From: an uncultured Planctomycetota bacterium
GTDB taxonomy: Bacteria; Planctomycetota; Planctomycetia; Isosphaerales; Isosphaeraceae
Assembly (NCBI GenBank): GCA_963845755.1
Contig: CAWJTV010000023.1
Span: 58,434 to 122,433, forward strand
Length of the DNA: 64,000 nucleotides
Direction: 5' to 3'
A program made the translations under genes and the position numbers. Below, in pieces: positions 9,837-20,992 of this stretch (its first letter is position 1; every line of letters starts with the position of its first letter). The notes under the pieces were generated by a model. That model did no database searches. It was not told where the DNA came from and saw only the letters and a program-made list of their open reading frames with translations.

Positions 9837-11813
9837 TCAGCGTTGATCGAGCGCGACGCCGGCCGCCGGCTTGTCGCCGGCCAGCAGCTTCTCGAGCTGG
9901 CGCTCGACCTCGGCCGAGGTCCGGAGGTTGCGGTTGACCACCTTCCCCTGGGCATCGATGAGGAACATGGTCGGCACGGAGGTGATCCCATACTCGATGG
10001 CCAGGCGCGTTTCCATTCCGCCGCCCTCGAAGATCTGCGGCCAGGCGATCGGGTTGGCCTTGAGGAACGCATCGACATCGGCGCGCTCGTTATCGAGATT
10101 CACCCCGATGACCTCAAGACCGCGGGGCTGGTATTTCTCGAACGCCTTGATCAGACCGGGCAGATCCGCCTTGACCGGAGTGGCCCAACTGGCCCAGAAC
10201 ACGACCAGGACCGTCTTGCCGCGGGACTGGGTCGAGTCGATCGTCTCGCCTTGCAGGCCCGCCCCCTTGATGGCGAAGGACTTGCCGACCAGGTCGATCC
10301 GACGCAGCGAGCCGGCCGCTTTCTTGGCCGCGTTGGTGCCGGGATAAGATTCCACGACCTTGGCATACTGATCGTGAGCCTCCTTCTCCTCGGCGTTGTA
10401 CTCATTGGCGCTGGCGAGCTGGAGGAGGACCTCGGGCGCTTCGTCCGATTGCGGGAACTTGGTCAGGAAATCCTGAAGGTCCGCCATCCACGCCTTCTGG
10501 TTGGCCAGGACGTTGGCACCGGGCTCGTCGTTCTTGAGAGCGAAGTCGGCGCCGATGAGGCTGTACGCGGAGTAGGCGCCGACCTTGCCCCCTTTGTCGA
10601 CGAGGGTTGTCAGCACCTTCCGACCCTGCGGATAAGCCCCGGTGCGCAGCGCGGCGACCAGGCTGTCAACGACCTGCTTCTGATAGCTCAGTTGGTCTTC
10701 GGCGGTCTTCAACAACTTGAGGACTGCATTCAGGAGCGGGACACGGCCAACGTGGTACCGCGCGATCTCGCGACGATCACCGCTCTGGAGCAAACCCGCG
10801 TTCTTGCCGTCGTAGTCGGCCAGGGCCTTGAGGGCCGCGTCCACGGCTTCGTCGCGCGGCTGGATGTTGTTCGCACGTTCGAAGAGCATGGCGCGGACGC
10901 CGCTCACCGAAGCCACCACCGGCTTCTCGGGATCGATGGCGCCGGGAAGCTCGACGAACTTCCAGGCCGCGCCCAGTTTGATCATGTCGGGGATTTGAAG
11001 GAAGGCGACCTTGGGTGGTGCGGCAGCGGCGTTCGCCTGGCCGGCCGCGAGACCGGGGAAGATCATCGCGTTTTCGTAGAGCGTCACGTCCTTCTCCAGG
11101 CCGCTGCTCGGGTCGGCGGGGATCACGTGGGGGAGCGTCCCGTCGAACCGGTTCCAGACGGTCTGGGCATTCCAGCCGACCAGTCCCTTCAAGAGGGCGC
11201 CGACCTTCTCGGCACGTGCCGAGGCCGACGCGGCGACCTTATCGGCCACCTCCTTGGGGAATCCCGCATCCCGGATCTCAGCCGAGGTCGCCATGACCGT
11301 CTCGAGGAGTGAGAGGTCGCCGTTGGCCTGAGCCTGGACCAGGCCCTGGACGAAGACCTTCGAGGCTTCCTCTGCGGAGATTTGCCTCCACCTGGCAACC
11401 TTCCCCTGGGTGATCTCCGCGATCCGCGTACCGCCGGCATTGAGCCACCGCGCCTCGTCCGGCCGCATGTCGCGGTTCACGTCGTTCTCCCGGTAGACCT
11501 CGAATCCGTCCTGATAGTAGCTCCACTGATCCAGACGGTTGTCCCCGTCGTTATCGACGTAACGCCGCAGCAGCTTCCCCTGCCCGTCGCGTAATGCGTA
11601 GCCGATGCTGCGATTCTGCACGACGACCGTCTCCACCTTGCACGCGTTGATCGCAGCCGGATCCGTGGGCGTGTCATATTCGACACCGGGAAGTGTCGGC
11701 CGGAAGTTCAGCAGCGCGCTCGGGGGCTTATTGTTCGCCTGGGCCATCGCCGCTACCGGCGCCAGGACCATGAGCCAGCAGAAAACGGTCACGGAGCACC
11801 GAAGACTCCGCAT
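9837..11813 (-). CDS. secreted TPR-like + TlpA/thioredoxin-like domain protein
   Basis: Signal peptide; C-terminal GKTVLVVFWASWA...IGVNLD...YGITSVPTMFLID. The CxxC is absent. Confidence 0.8.
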   Translation of the reverse strand: MRSLRCSVTVFCWLMVLAPVAAMAQANNKPPSALLNFRPTLPGVEYDTPTDPAAINACKVETVVVQNRSIGYALRDGQGKLLRRYVDNDGDNRLDQWSYYQDGFEVYRENDVNRDMRPDEARWLNAGGTRIAEITQGKVARWRQISAEEASKVFVQGLVQAQANGDLSLLETVMATSAEIRDAGFPKEVADKVAASASARAEKVGALLKGLVGWNAQTVWNRFDGTLPHVIPADPSSGLEKDVTLYENAMIFPGLAAGQANAAAAPPKVAFLQIPDMIKLGAAWKFVELPGAIDPEKPVVASVSGVRAMLFERANNIQPRDEAVDAALKALADYDGKNAGLLQSGDRREIARYHVGRVPLLNAVLKLLKTAEDQLSYQKQVVDSLVAALRTGAYPQGRKVLTTLVDKGGKVGAYSAYSLIGADFALKNDEPGANVLANQKAWMADLQDFLTKFPQSDEAPEVLLQLASANEYNAEEKEAHDQYAKVVESYPGTNAAKKAAGSLRRIDLVGKSFAIKGAGLQGETIDSTQSRGKTVLVVFWASWATPVKADLPGLIKAFEKYQPRGLEVIGVNLDNERADVDAFLKANPIAWPQIFEGGGMETRLAIEYGITSVPTMFLIDAQGKVVNRNLRTSAEVERQLEKLLAGDKPAAGVALDQR

Positions 11814-11840
11814 GGGTGTCTCCTTTCGCAGCTTTTCGAA

Positions 11841-11876
11841 TTCCAGGTTTCCGGATTCCAGATTCCAGATTCCAGA
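11841..11876. repeat. heptamer tandem repeat (TTCCAGA)n
   Basis: Five near-identical 7-mers upstream of the TlpA gene. Confidence 0.7.
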
Positions 11877-12231
11877 TTGCCTCAACTGGGTTCTCTCGGC
11901 TGTTACAGTCCCCCTGGTAATTCTTACCAGGAATGACTGCCGATCGTTGTCAAATCGCCAAAGCCCTGTCAAGCCGCACGACGAACACGATCGCCCTGAC
12001 CGTTCTCATCGGCAATTCCGATCGCCCGTCTCAAATCGTTGGCAACGGAACCCAATTCCGCGGGATTGTCCCCGCATGGATTCTCGATAGCCGGCCAGGT
12101 ACTGGCCAGGGCCGCTTGCTTCTGCAAGGAATGGACCAATCGTCGTGGCAATCGGCTGCGACGTGGCGTGGGGCAAGAAAAGACCGACGGCTCCCGGGCC
12201 GCCGACTCTCCATTCATCCGAGAGACCCATC

Positions 12232-13347
12232 ATGAACGGCAGATCCGCTTCGAGAATCGGAAGCCTGGTTGTCCTCATCGGCTGGACCACATTGGGTACG
12301 GGTCAGGACGCTGACCAAACCACTCCCCCACGGGCGCCGTCGTATCCGGATCACACCCGGCTGCTGGTCGTCCGCGACGGTGCGGGACGCGAGCAGCCGG
12401 TCGGCGGGCGGCCGGACTGGGAGGTCCGACGCGCCCACATCCTGGCCCACTTCCAGGACGTCGCCGGCCCGCTCCCCGGCGGCGAGCGCCGGGTCCCGCT
12501 CGACATGCGGATCGATTCGACACAACAGGATCAGGGCTTCGTCCGCAAGAAGATCACGTTCGCCTCCGAACCAGGGGACCGTGTCCCGGCCTGGCTGTTG
12601 ATCCCCGATCCACCGGGGGCGGCCGAGTCGCGACGTCCCGCCATGCTCTGCCTCCACCAGACCGTCGCGATCGGCAAGGACGAACCTGTTGGGCTCGGCG
12701 GCAAGCCGGACCTGCGTTACGCGATGGAGCTGGCCCGACGCGGCTACGTCGCGCTGGCGCCGGACTATCCCAATTTCGGCGAGTACCAGATTGACGTTTA
12801 CAAGTTGGGATATGCCAGTGCCACGATGAAGGCGATCTGGAACAACCTCCGGGCCGTCGATCTCCTCTGCAGTTTGAAGGAGGTTGACCCGGATCGGATC
12901 GGCGTGATCGGCCACTCACTTGGCGGCCACAATGCGATCTTCACGGCGCTCTTCGAGCCCCGGATCCAGGCCGTCGTGTCGTCCTGCGGCTTCAACGCCT
13001 TCCCATCCTACTACAAGGGGAACGTCGCCGGCTGGTCGCACAAGGGTTATATGCCCCGGCTCCGCGAAACCTATCAGCTCGACCTGCAGAAAGTCCCTTT
13101 CGACTTCCCCGAGCTTATCGGTGCGCTCGCCCCCCGGGCGTTCTTCGCCAACTCGCCCGTGCACGACGCCAACTTCGAAGTCGAAGGCGTGCGGGTCTGC
13201 ATCACGGCGGCCCAGCCGGTCTACGCCCTCTTTGGAGTCCCCAATCGCTTGACCGCCGTCTATCCCGACGCCCAGCATACCTTCCCGCAAGACGTTCGGA
13301 TCCGGGCCTATGAGTTCCTCGACCGCCAGTTGCGCAAGGCTCCGTGA
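12232..13347 (+). CDS. alpha/beta hydrolase (dienelactone hydrolase/acetylxylan esterase-like)
   Basis: GHSLGG nucleophile elbow, LCLHQT, APDYP, C-terminal His. Confidence 0.85.
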   Translation: MNGRSASRIGSLVVLIGWTTLGTGQDADQTTPPRAPSYPDHTRLLVVRDGAGREQPVGGRPDWEVRRAHILAHFQDVAGPLPGGERRVPLDMRIDSTQQDQGFVRKKITFASEPGDRVPAWLLIPDPPGAAESRRPAMLCLHQTVAIGKDEPVGLGGKPDLRYAMELARRGYVALAPDYPNFGEYQIDVYKLGYASATMKAIWNNLRAVDLLCSLKEVDPDRIGVIGHSLGGHNAIFTALFEPRIQAVVSSCGFNAFPSYYKGNVAGWSHKGYMPRLRETYQLDLQKVPFDFPELIGALAPRAFFANSPVHDANFEVEGVRVCITAAQPVYALFGVPNRLTAVYPDAQHTFPQDVRIRAYEFLDRQLRKAP

Positions 13348-13420
13348 TACCGGCATGCGATAGTGGTGTTCCCTCCCGCTCAGGCTCGGCAGTATACTCG
13401 GATTCGAGGAGGCCATAACC

Positions 13421-13837
13421 ATGACAACCGTCACTCGCGAACAGCGCCAGGCCATCAAGCAGGCCGGTGGCCAGGCGGTCCGGATCGAAGACCCGGAAGA
13501 ACACGGGGCTTATGTCTTGCTCACGGAGGAAGCCTATCAACGGTTGCAGCAACTCGGCGAGATAGGGCAGGCTCCACTCCCCGCAATCCCCGAGGGTATC
13601 CTTCGCTCTCAGGATGCGTTCTTCCGCGATCTCCCCGAGTTGCTCAAGGACGTGTCGCTGCTCGGCAAGTGGATCGGCTATCACGGAAGTGAGCGGATCG
13701 GCATAGCGTCCGGAATGAAACCTCTGATCCAAGAGTGCTTGAGACGCGGGCTCGCTGACGATCAGTTCGATCTCTTCGTCATCGAACCCCAATCCAGAGA
13801 CATCGAGGAGATAGAGATCGTCACACCCTGCGTATGA
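13421..13837 (+). CDS. hypothetical protein (DUF5678-like)
   Basis: GGAGG RBS; FFRDLPELL...GKWIGYHG..RIGIA. Confidence 0.6.
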   Translation: MTTVTREQRQAIKQAGGQAVRIEDPEEHGAYVLLTEEAYQRLQQLGEIGQAPLPAIPEGILRSQDAFFRDLPELLKDVSLLGKWIGYHGSERIGIASGMKPLIQECLRRGLADDQFDLFVIEPQSRDIEEIEIVTPCV

Positions 13838-13904
13838 AGATCCTTGAACGACAACCGATCTCCGACCGACAGCGAGCGTCAAAGGGATTGAATGGGGCCG
13901 GACC

Positions 13905-14410
13905 ATGAGGATCCTCGATCGATCGCCGATCTCCAAATCAGGCTGGACCGTATCCACACCCGACGGTGAGGAGGTGGTCAAGTCCTACCAGATTGTTGTC
14001 CAGATCAGTATCGCCACGAGAACCGTCTTGGAACTCCCCGAAGATGCCCCGCGGATTCCGGCGATCTTGGACACAGGCAACAATCACAACTTTGCAATCC
14101 GACGGAGACACCTAGAACGGTGGTCATCCCTCGCCTTTCCCAGCAAAGGATGGATCGAAGTTGGCGGTTTCTTTGTTCCACTTCTCGCCGCGAATATCTG
14201 GATTCACCCGAATCGGGCAGGATCAGCCGATCTGAGCGGCCAGACGCCGTTCCTCTTGGGGATCAAGGAAGGCATCGCCGTTTATCCCCCACACATTCCC
14301 ATCCCCGCTCGCCTCCCAATCCTCGGGCTGGCGCGATCATCCAAAATGGACTCAAAACCACGATCGACGGCGCAACCCGAGAGCTAACCATGGAATCCGC
14401 CGATTCGTGA
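13905..14410 (+). CDS. retropepsin-like aspartic protease (frameshift near 3' end)
   Basis: AILDTG catalytic motif and C-terminal PILG motif. Confidence 0.7.
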
Positions 14411-14470
14411 CGTCTCCGCCATCCGCATCACTCTGACGACTGTCAATTCATCTTCCCAAAGTGAGACCGC

Positions 14471-14498
14471 TTGACAAACCGGGGGCGAAACGTACTCT
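14471..14498 (+). promoter_or_regulatory. sigma70-like promoter
   Basis: TTGACA-16 bp-TACTCT upstream of the response regulator. Confidence 0.5.
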
Positions 14499-14600
14499 AC
14501 GACTTAGGACCTGACTCGACTGGCAGAGCCATCGACACCCCTCGGGACTGGCCGACTCTCTGACGATCGAAACAACAGGATAGCAGCCACCCACCTCAAC

Positions 14601-16043
14601 ATGGATGAGGGCGCCATGGACCGACGCATCCTCGTGGTGGACGATAGCCAACTCGTTTGCCAGCAGCTTTCGCAATTGCTGGCGTCGACGGACCGTCAAA
14701 TCACCGTCGCGCCGGACGGCACGGCGGCCCTGGAATGGTTGGTCGAGAACCGTTGTTCACTGGTGCTGACGGACCTTCGTCTGCCGGGGATCAGCGGGCT
14801 GGAGCTAATCCGGGAGATCCGCGAGCGCAAGCTGCCGGTCACGGTCATCGTGATGACCGGGCATGCCACAGTCGAGGCGGCGGTTGAGGCGATGAAGTTG
14901 GGCGCTGATGACCTGATCCTCAAGCCGATCGATACGATCCGGCTGGAGATGGTGGTGAAGCAGGCGCTGGAGGATCGCCGCCTGATCGACGAGGTGGCCG
15001 ACCTGCGGGGCCGGCTCCGGAAAAAGTACGCGTATCATAACCTGCTCGGCCGGAGCCCGCGGATGGCGGACATCTTCGATCGGGTGGATCGCGTGGCGTT
15101 GACGCCGTGCAACGTGCTGGTCACCGGCGAGACGGGCACGGGCAAGGAGCTGGTCGCCCAGGCGATCCACTTCAGCGACGTCACCCGCCGTGGGGCGCTG
15201 GTCGCGGTCAACTGTGCAGCTTTGCCCGAGCATCTGCTGGAGACCGAGCTCTTCGGCCATGAACGCGGAGCCTTCACCGGCGCCCAGCGCCAGAAGAAGG
15301 GCCGGTTCGAGCTCGCCGACGGCGGGACGCTCTTTCTCGACGAGATCGGGGAGATGCCCCTGGGCATGCAGGCCAAGCTCTTGCGCGTCCTCCAGGACGG
15401 ACGGTTCGAGCGGGTCGGTGGGACCGAACCGGTCGAGACCACGTGCCGCGTCATCGCCGCGACGAGCCTCAACCTCGCCGAGGCCGTCGGTGACCGCCGG
15501 TTCCGCGAGGATCTGTTCTATCGGCTCAACGTCTTCTCGATCGAGTTACCCCCGTTGCGCGACCGGCTGGAAGATATCCCGCTCCTCGTCAACCATTTCC
15601 TCGAGAAACTGGCCGAACGCGGTCTCCCGAACCGGACGGTCTCGCGCCTCGCGATGTCTCGACTCCTGAGCTTCGACTGGCCCGGCAACGTGCGTCAGCT
15701 CGAGCACGTCATCGAGCAGGCCGTGGTGATGACCTCCGGTCCGATCATCGAGCCGGATAACCTGCCTCCGCAGATCGTCGCCAGCCACGACGAGCCGTTC
15801 ACGCTCGAATTCGACCACCGCCGCCCCCTGCCGGAAATCTGCGCCGAGTTCACCCGCCGGATCGAGTGTGCCTACCTCCAGCGCGTCCTGGAAAAACACC
15901 GCGGCCGGATCGAGCTGTGCGCCAGGCACTGCGGCCTCTCGCGCCGCAGCATCAGCGAGAAGCTTCGCCGCTATCAGATCGATAAGCGCGCCTACAAGCC
16001 ACACACATCCCGGCGCAAGCAATTCGCGCTGGCGGGAGAGTGA
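14601..16043 (+). CDS. NtrC-family sigma54-dependent response regulator
   Basis: REC domain, GETGTGKE, GAFTGA, FLDEIGE, WPGNVRQL, C-terminal HTH. Confidence 0.95.
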   Translation: MDEGAMDRRILVVDDSQLVCQQLSQLLASTDRQITVAPDGTAALEWLVENRCSLVLTDLRLPGISGLELIREIRERKLPVTVIVMTGHATVEAAVEAMKLGADDLILKPIDTIRLEMVVKQALEDRRLIDEVADLRGRLRKKYAYHNLLGRSPRMADIFDRVDRVALTPCNVLVTGETGTGKELVAQAIHFSDVTRRGALVAVNCAALPEHLLETELFGHERGAFTGAQRQKKGRFELADGGTLFLDEIGEMPLGMQAKLLRVLQDGRFERVGGTEPVETTCRVIAATSLNLAEAVGDRRFREDLFYRLNVFSIELPPLRDRLEDIPLLVNHFLEKLAERGLPNRTVSRLAMSRLLSFDWPGNVRQLEHVIEQAVVMTSGPIIEPDNLPPQIVASHDEPFTLEFDHRRPLPEICAEFTRRIECAYLQRVLEKHRGRIELCARHCGLSRRSISEKLRRYQIDKRAYKPHTSRRKQFALAGE

Positions 16044-16119
16044 CGGATCCCGCCGAAAAACGAGGTGCCCGCAGTCGAGATACCGTCCGAGCCGCGGTCC
16101 AACACCGGGAAGCCACCCA

Positions 16120-16776
16120 GTGAGCGAGCTTTCGAAAAAGGCCCTGGGCGGGTTCGTCAAGTTTCAGATGTTTCTGGCCCTGTTGCTGTTCCTGCCGGCC
16201 TGGTCGCTGCGCTACTGGGAGGCGTGGATCTACTGGTCGCTGTTCGCCGTCTCGGTTCTGGCCATCACCGTGTATTTCCTGAGGCATGATCCGCGCTTGA
16301 TCGAGCGGCGCCTCGAGGCCGGGCCGGGTGCCGAGCCGACCCGGAGCCAGCGGATCATCCAGTCCATCACGAGCGTGTTCTTCTGTGCCCTGTTCGTCAT
16401 CTCGGGGATCGACCACCGCCTCCACGGATCGAATCTGCCGGTCCCCGTCGTCCTCTCCGCGGATGGGCTGGTCTTGCTGGCGTTCCTCTTCGTCTTCCTC
16501 GTGTTCCGGGAGAATCGCCACACCGCGGGCATCGTCAAGGTCGAAGAAAACCAGCCGGTGATTTCGACCGGCCCTTACCGACTGGTTCGCCACCCGATGT
16601 ACGCGGCCTCGGTGCTCCTGTTCTTGTCCACACCGTTCGCACTCGGTTCGCCCTGGGCCCTCATCGTCGCGCTCCTGCTCTGCGGGGCGATCGTCGTCCG
16701 GTTGCGGGACGAAGAGCGGTTCCTTTCCGCCAACCTACCCGGTTATGACGCCTACTGCCGGCGGGTTCGCAGTTGA
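16120..16776 (+). CDS. isoprenylcysteine carboxylmethyltransferase family membrane protein
   Basis: VISTGPYRLVRHPMY...EERFL...GYDAY. Confidence 0.85.
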   Translation: MSELSKKALGGFVKFQMFLALLLFLPAWSLRYWEAWIYWSLFAVSVLAITVYFLRHDPRLIERRLEAGPGAEPTRSQRIIQSITSVFFCALFVISGIDHRLHGSNLPVPVVLSADGLVLLAFLFVFLVFRENRHTAGIVKVEENQPVISTGPYRLVRHPMYAASVLLFLSTPFALGSPWALIVALLLCGAIVVRLRDEERFLSANLPGYDAYCRRVRS

Positions 16777-16919
16777 CTCATACCCATGATCTGGTAATTC
16801 CCATGGGCCCCGCGCTCGTGTACGATGTTCGGGTTCCCACGGCAGGTTTTTCATTCAGGGCGCCCACGCCGCCCCAGCCCTGGACGAGTTGTTCTAGAGG
16901 CTCCGAGGAGCCCGAGCCC

Positions 16920-17862
16920 ATGCCGCGCGTCGTCGTCGTCGGATCGAGCAACACGGACATGACGGTGCGGGTGCCGCGGTTGCCGGCGCCCGGTCAGACG
17001 ATCCTCGGCAGTTCGTTTTCGACGACGCCCGGCGGTAAGGGAGCCAACCAGGCGGTCGCCGCTCGGCGCGGGCGCCGACGTCGTGTTCGTCACGGCCGTC
17101 GGTGATGATGAACTGGGCCGGCAGGCGATGGCGCTTTATCGCCGTGAAGGGATCGACGTCAGCCATGTCCGGGTTGTTGAAGGGATCGCGTCGGGAGTGG
17201 CGCTGATCTTCGTTGACGATCGCGGTGAGAACCTGATCGGTGTCGCGCCGGGCGCCAATCACCGGTTGACGACGGAGGACATCGATCGCCTGCCGGACTC
17301 GCTGTTCCGCAAGGACGACGTGCTCCTGGTCAGCCTGGAGATCCCGCTGGAGACCGCGAGCCGGGCACTGCGTCGCGGCTGGGATGCGGAATCGTTCACG
17401 ATCTTGAACCCGGCACCCGCCCCGGCACTCCTGGAAGTCGAACTGCGGGAGCTCTTATCGGGCGTCATGGCAATCACGCCGAACCGCGTCGAGGCGATGG
17501 CGATGGCGGGCATGACGCAATCCGAGGGGAGCGAGCCCGATTGGTCGGCCTGCGGCTTTCGCCTGAAGGAACTGGGACCGGCAGTCGCGTTCATCACCCT
17601 GGGATCGAATGGCTGCGCGGTCATCGACGCCAAGTCGGGGTCCGTCCCTGCTCCCCGCGTCGAGGCCGTTGACACGGTAGGCGCCGGCGACGCCTTTAAT
17701 GGTGCACTGGCGGTCGCGCTCATGGAGAACCGATCACCCTTCGAGGCTGCTGCCTGGGCCAACGCCGCCGCCGCGCTGGCCGTCACCCGAGCTGGCGCAC
17801 AGTCGGCATTACCATTCCGCGATGCGATCGACCACCTCGCCAGGCGGGGCAAACGGGATTGA
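16920..17862 (+). CDS. rbsK: ribokinase (frameshift near 17070)
   Basis: VVGSSNTD, PGGKGANQAVA, PNRVEA, DTVGAGDAF. Confidence 0.9.
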
Positions 17863-17894
17863 GCAATAGCCTGTTGACTCAAAGGAACGGACCG

Positions 17895-19620
17895 ATGTCT
17901 CAACGACCGGATGCGGGTTGGTGCCTGGTTATCGCGTTGGCGAGCGTGATGTGGCTGGCGCTGGACCATCCGCGTCGGGCGTGGCCTCACGACCGGCCGT
18001 CTGGCCCGCTGCATAAGACCCGATCGGCGGTCATCGCCCGGCAGGGGATGGCCGCGACCAGCCAGCCGCTGGCGACCGCGACGGCCATCCGCGTCTTGCA
18101 GCAAGGGGGCAACGCGGTCGATGCGGCGATCGCAGCGAATGCCGTGCTCGGTGTAGTCGAGCCGATGTCCTGCGGGATCGGCGGCGATCTGTTCGCCATC
18201 GTCTGGGATGCCAAGGCGAAGCGGCTTTTCGGCCTCAATGCCAGCGGCCTGTGCGCCGGAAGCCGCCACGATCGAGTACTTCCGCTCGAAGGGGCTCAAG
18301 ACGATCCCGGAGCACGGCCCGTTGAGCTGGTCGGTCCCCGGCTGCGTCGACGGCTGGGATCAGCTCCGCCGGCGATTCGGAACCCGACCGTGGTCGGAGC
18401 TGCTCGCGCCGGCGATCGCCTACGCCGAGCAGGGATTCCCCGTCAGCGAGATCATCGCCGCCGACTGGCGGGTGCCGAGCCGAAGCTCCGCGAGATCCCG
18501 ACCTCGGCCGCCTGCTACCTCCCCGGCGGCCACGCGCCGGCGGTGGGATCGGTCTTCCGCAACCCGGGGCTGGCGCGGTCGCTCCAGGCCATCGCCCGGG
18601 ATGGTCGCGATGCCTTTTACAAGGGACCGCTGGCCGACACGATGGTCCGATATTCGCAATCGGTCGGCGGCCTGTTCGCTCAGCAGGACTTCGCCGGCCA
18701 CACCAGCACCGAGGTCGAGCCGGTCTCGACCAATTACCGGGGTTACGACGTCTGGGAGCTACCCCCCAACGGACAGGGGATCGCCGTCCTCCAGATGCTC
18801 AATCTGCTCGAGCCATTCGACCTCAAGGCGATGGGGCCGCAATCGGCCCAGGCGCTGCACTTGATGATCGAGGCCAAGAAGCTGGCCTACGAGGACCGGG
18901 CGAAGTTCTACGCGGACCCCGCGTTCGTGAAGGCGCCGATCGCCACCCTGATCTCCAAGCCGTATGCCGACCGCCGTCGTACCGAGATGAAAGCCGATCG
19001 GGCCAACTTGCGACCGATGCCCGGGGAGCCGGGTGCAGCCGACACGATCTATATGACCGTGGTCGACCGCGACTTCAACTGCGTCAGCCTGATCCAGAGC
19101 AACTTCCACGCGTTCGGCTCGCATCATGTGCCGGGCGACCTGGGCTTCGCGTTGCAGAACCGCGGCAATCTCTTCGCACTGGACCCGAACCACCTCAACC
19201 GGCTCGAGCCGCGGAAGCGGCCTTTCCACACGATCATCCCGGGCTTCGTCACGAAGGACGGCAAGCCCTGGCTGAGCTTTGGTCTGATGGGCGGGGACAT
19301 GCAGGCCCAGGGGCACGTGCAGGTGCTCTCGAATCTGATCGACTTCGGCATGGACGTGCAGGAGGCCGGCGACGCCCCGCGGTTCCGCCACTTCGGCTCG
19401 TCGGAGCCAACCGGCCAGCCGGCCGACGGCGTCGGCTCGGTCGCGCTCGAATCGGGCATCTCCGCCGAGGTCCGCCGCGATCTCCACACCAAGGGGCACC
19501 GCGTCGTGGATTCCCCCGGTGGCTTCGGAGGTTACCAGGCCATTCGCATCGACCTGGATCACGGCGTCCTCATCGGCGCCTCCGACCCCCGCAAGGACGG
19601 CTCGCGCCATGGGGTATTGA
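17895..19620 (+). CDS. ggt: gamma-glutamyltransferase (frameshifts near 18250, 18470 and 19600)
   Basis: GGNAVDAAIA, GIGGDLF, VPGCVDGW, LPPNGQG, DTIY (Thr nucleophile), KRPFHTIIP, SDPRKDG. Confidence 0.9.
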
Positions 19621-19627
19621 GGAGCCC

Positions 19628-20470
19628 TCACTTGCTCAGCGGCCGGACCTCGATCTTCCGGAAGAGGATCTCGGCGCCTTCCGACTGGAACAGGATCTTG
19701 CCCTTGGTGAGGCTGGACTTCGTCCCGATGTTGACGACATACCCGTTGAGGATGGTGGTGATCGTGTCAGCGTCGCAGACGACCTCCATGCGGTTCCACT
19801 CGCCGGCGGTCTTCTCGACGTCGCGCCGGCCGCGGAAACCGAGGACGTCCTTCCAGGCCGGGTCGCGGCCCCACCAGTTGAATCGGACCGAGTCGCGCGT
19901 GACGGCTTTCCCGCCCTTCTCGAAATAGAGCTGACGGTCCGGTCCGACTCGGGTCTCACAGGTCAGGCTCGGCTTGTTCCGGCCGCCGACGATGATGAAG
20001 TCGCCGCAGCCCCCTTCGATGATCTGGCACTCCTGCGACTCCATCCAGTTGCCACTCGCCGCGCCATCGGCCCCGACGCAGTGGACCAGGATCCCTGAGT
20101 CGCGCGACCGCTCCTTCCGCGGAGCCCAGGTCCGCTCGCCCCATTTCCATTCCGTAATCAAGTGATAATTCTGGAACTCATCCCGCGTCGTGAGTCCCCC
20201 GAACTCCTCGCCGGAGATATCGATCATTCCGTCGCGGACCGAGAACACCTGCTTGGGATCCTCGCGCCCTCGGCCGTGCAAGTAGGGATAGAATCCGGTC
20301 AAGTCCTTGCCGTTGAACTGGAAGATCGGCTCCCCCGCCCGGATCGTGGGCACGTCGCGGGCGAACGATGGGACCTCGGACTGCGACTCCTGGGCAGTCC
20401 CCCTCGTCGCGGGGTCCCAGCCAAAGACCAGGACCAGAACGGCCAGCAGGCAACCAAGTCGAGCCGGCAT
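19628..20470 (-). CDS. DUF1080 (3-keto-disaccharide hydrolase-like) protein
   Basis: FNGKDLTG, RDSGIL, ECQI, GEWNRMEV, FQSEGAEILFRKIE. Confidence 0.88.
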   Translation of the reverse strand: MPARLGCLLAVLVLVFGWDPATRGTAQESQSEVPSFARDVPTIRAGEPIFQFNGKDLTGFYPYLHGRGREDPKQVFSVRDGMIDISGEEFGGLTTRDEFQNYHLITEWKWGERTWAPRKERSRDSGILVHCVGADGAASGNWMESQECQIIEGGCGDFIIVGGRNKPSLTCETRVGPDRQLYFEKGGKAVTRDSVRFNWWGRDPAWKDVLGFRGRRDVEKTAGEWNRMEVVCDADTITTILNGYVVNIGTKSSLTKGKILFQSEGAEILFRKIEVRPLSK

Positions 20471-20511
20471 GACGCGTGCTCCGAAGGGCCGGAAGGGCGG
20501 AAAGATCGGAT

Positions 20512-20790
20512 TCAACGGCGCTGACGGTGAATTGCGGCGCCCTGCTGACGGCAGATCGACTCGACCTTGGCCAGGATCTTGTCATCGGGACAGGCGATCG
20601 AGAGGACCATGCCCTGGCCGCCTTCGATCTGCTCGGGCGGGGTGACGCCCAGTCGGTCGTTCGGGACGCCGATCTGCAACAAGATCTGGATGACCAGGTT
20701 CCCCTGCGCCGAGTTGTAGAAGAAGGCGACGACCCGGGGCATGCTCTCGGCGGCTTCGACCAGCCCAGGCCGAATCTGCGGTGTTTCCAT
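20512..20790 (-). CDS. hypothetical protein
   Basis: Compact ORF with GAGG RBS and protein-like composition. Confidence 0.55.
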   Translation of the reverse strand: METPQIRPGLVEAAESMPRVVAFFYNSAQGNLVIQILLQIGVPNDRLGVTPPEQIEGGQGMVLSIACPDDKILAKVESICRQQGAAIHRQRR

Positions 20791-20992
20791 GTTGACCAAC
20801 CTCAACTGCCTACTGACTGCTGTCTACGGCCTACTGCGAAGCCAAGTTTGACGTACCTCCAGGCAAATCGCAAGGCGTTTGTGCCGGTCCCGCGATGCGG
20901 ATGATCGGCCATCCATGGCCGAGGCTTCCGACGGTTTGTTAGGATGGGCGCGGCGGCCAGGGGCACACGTAACCGGAGAGTCCCACCAACCA

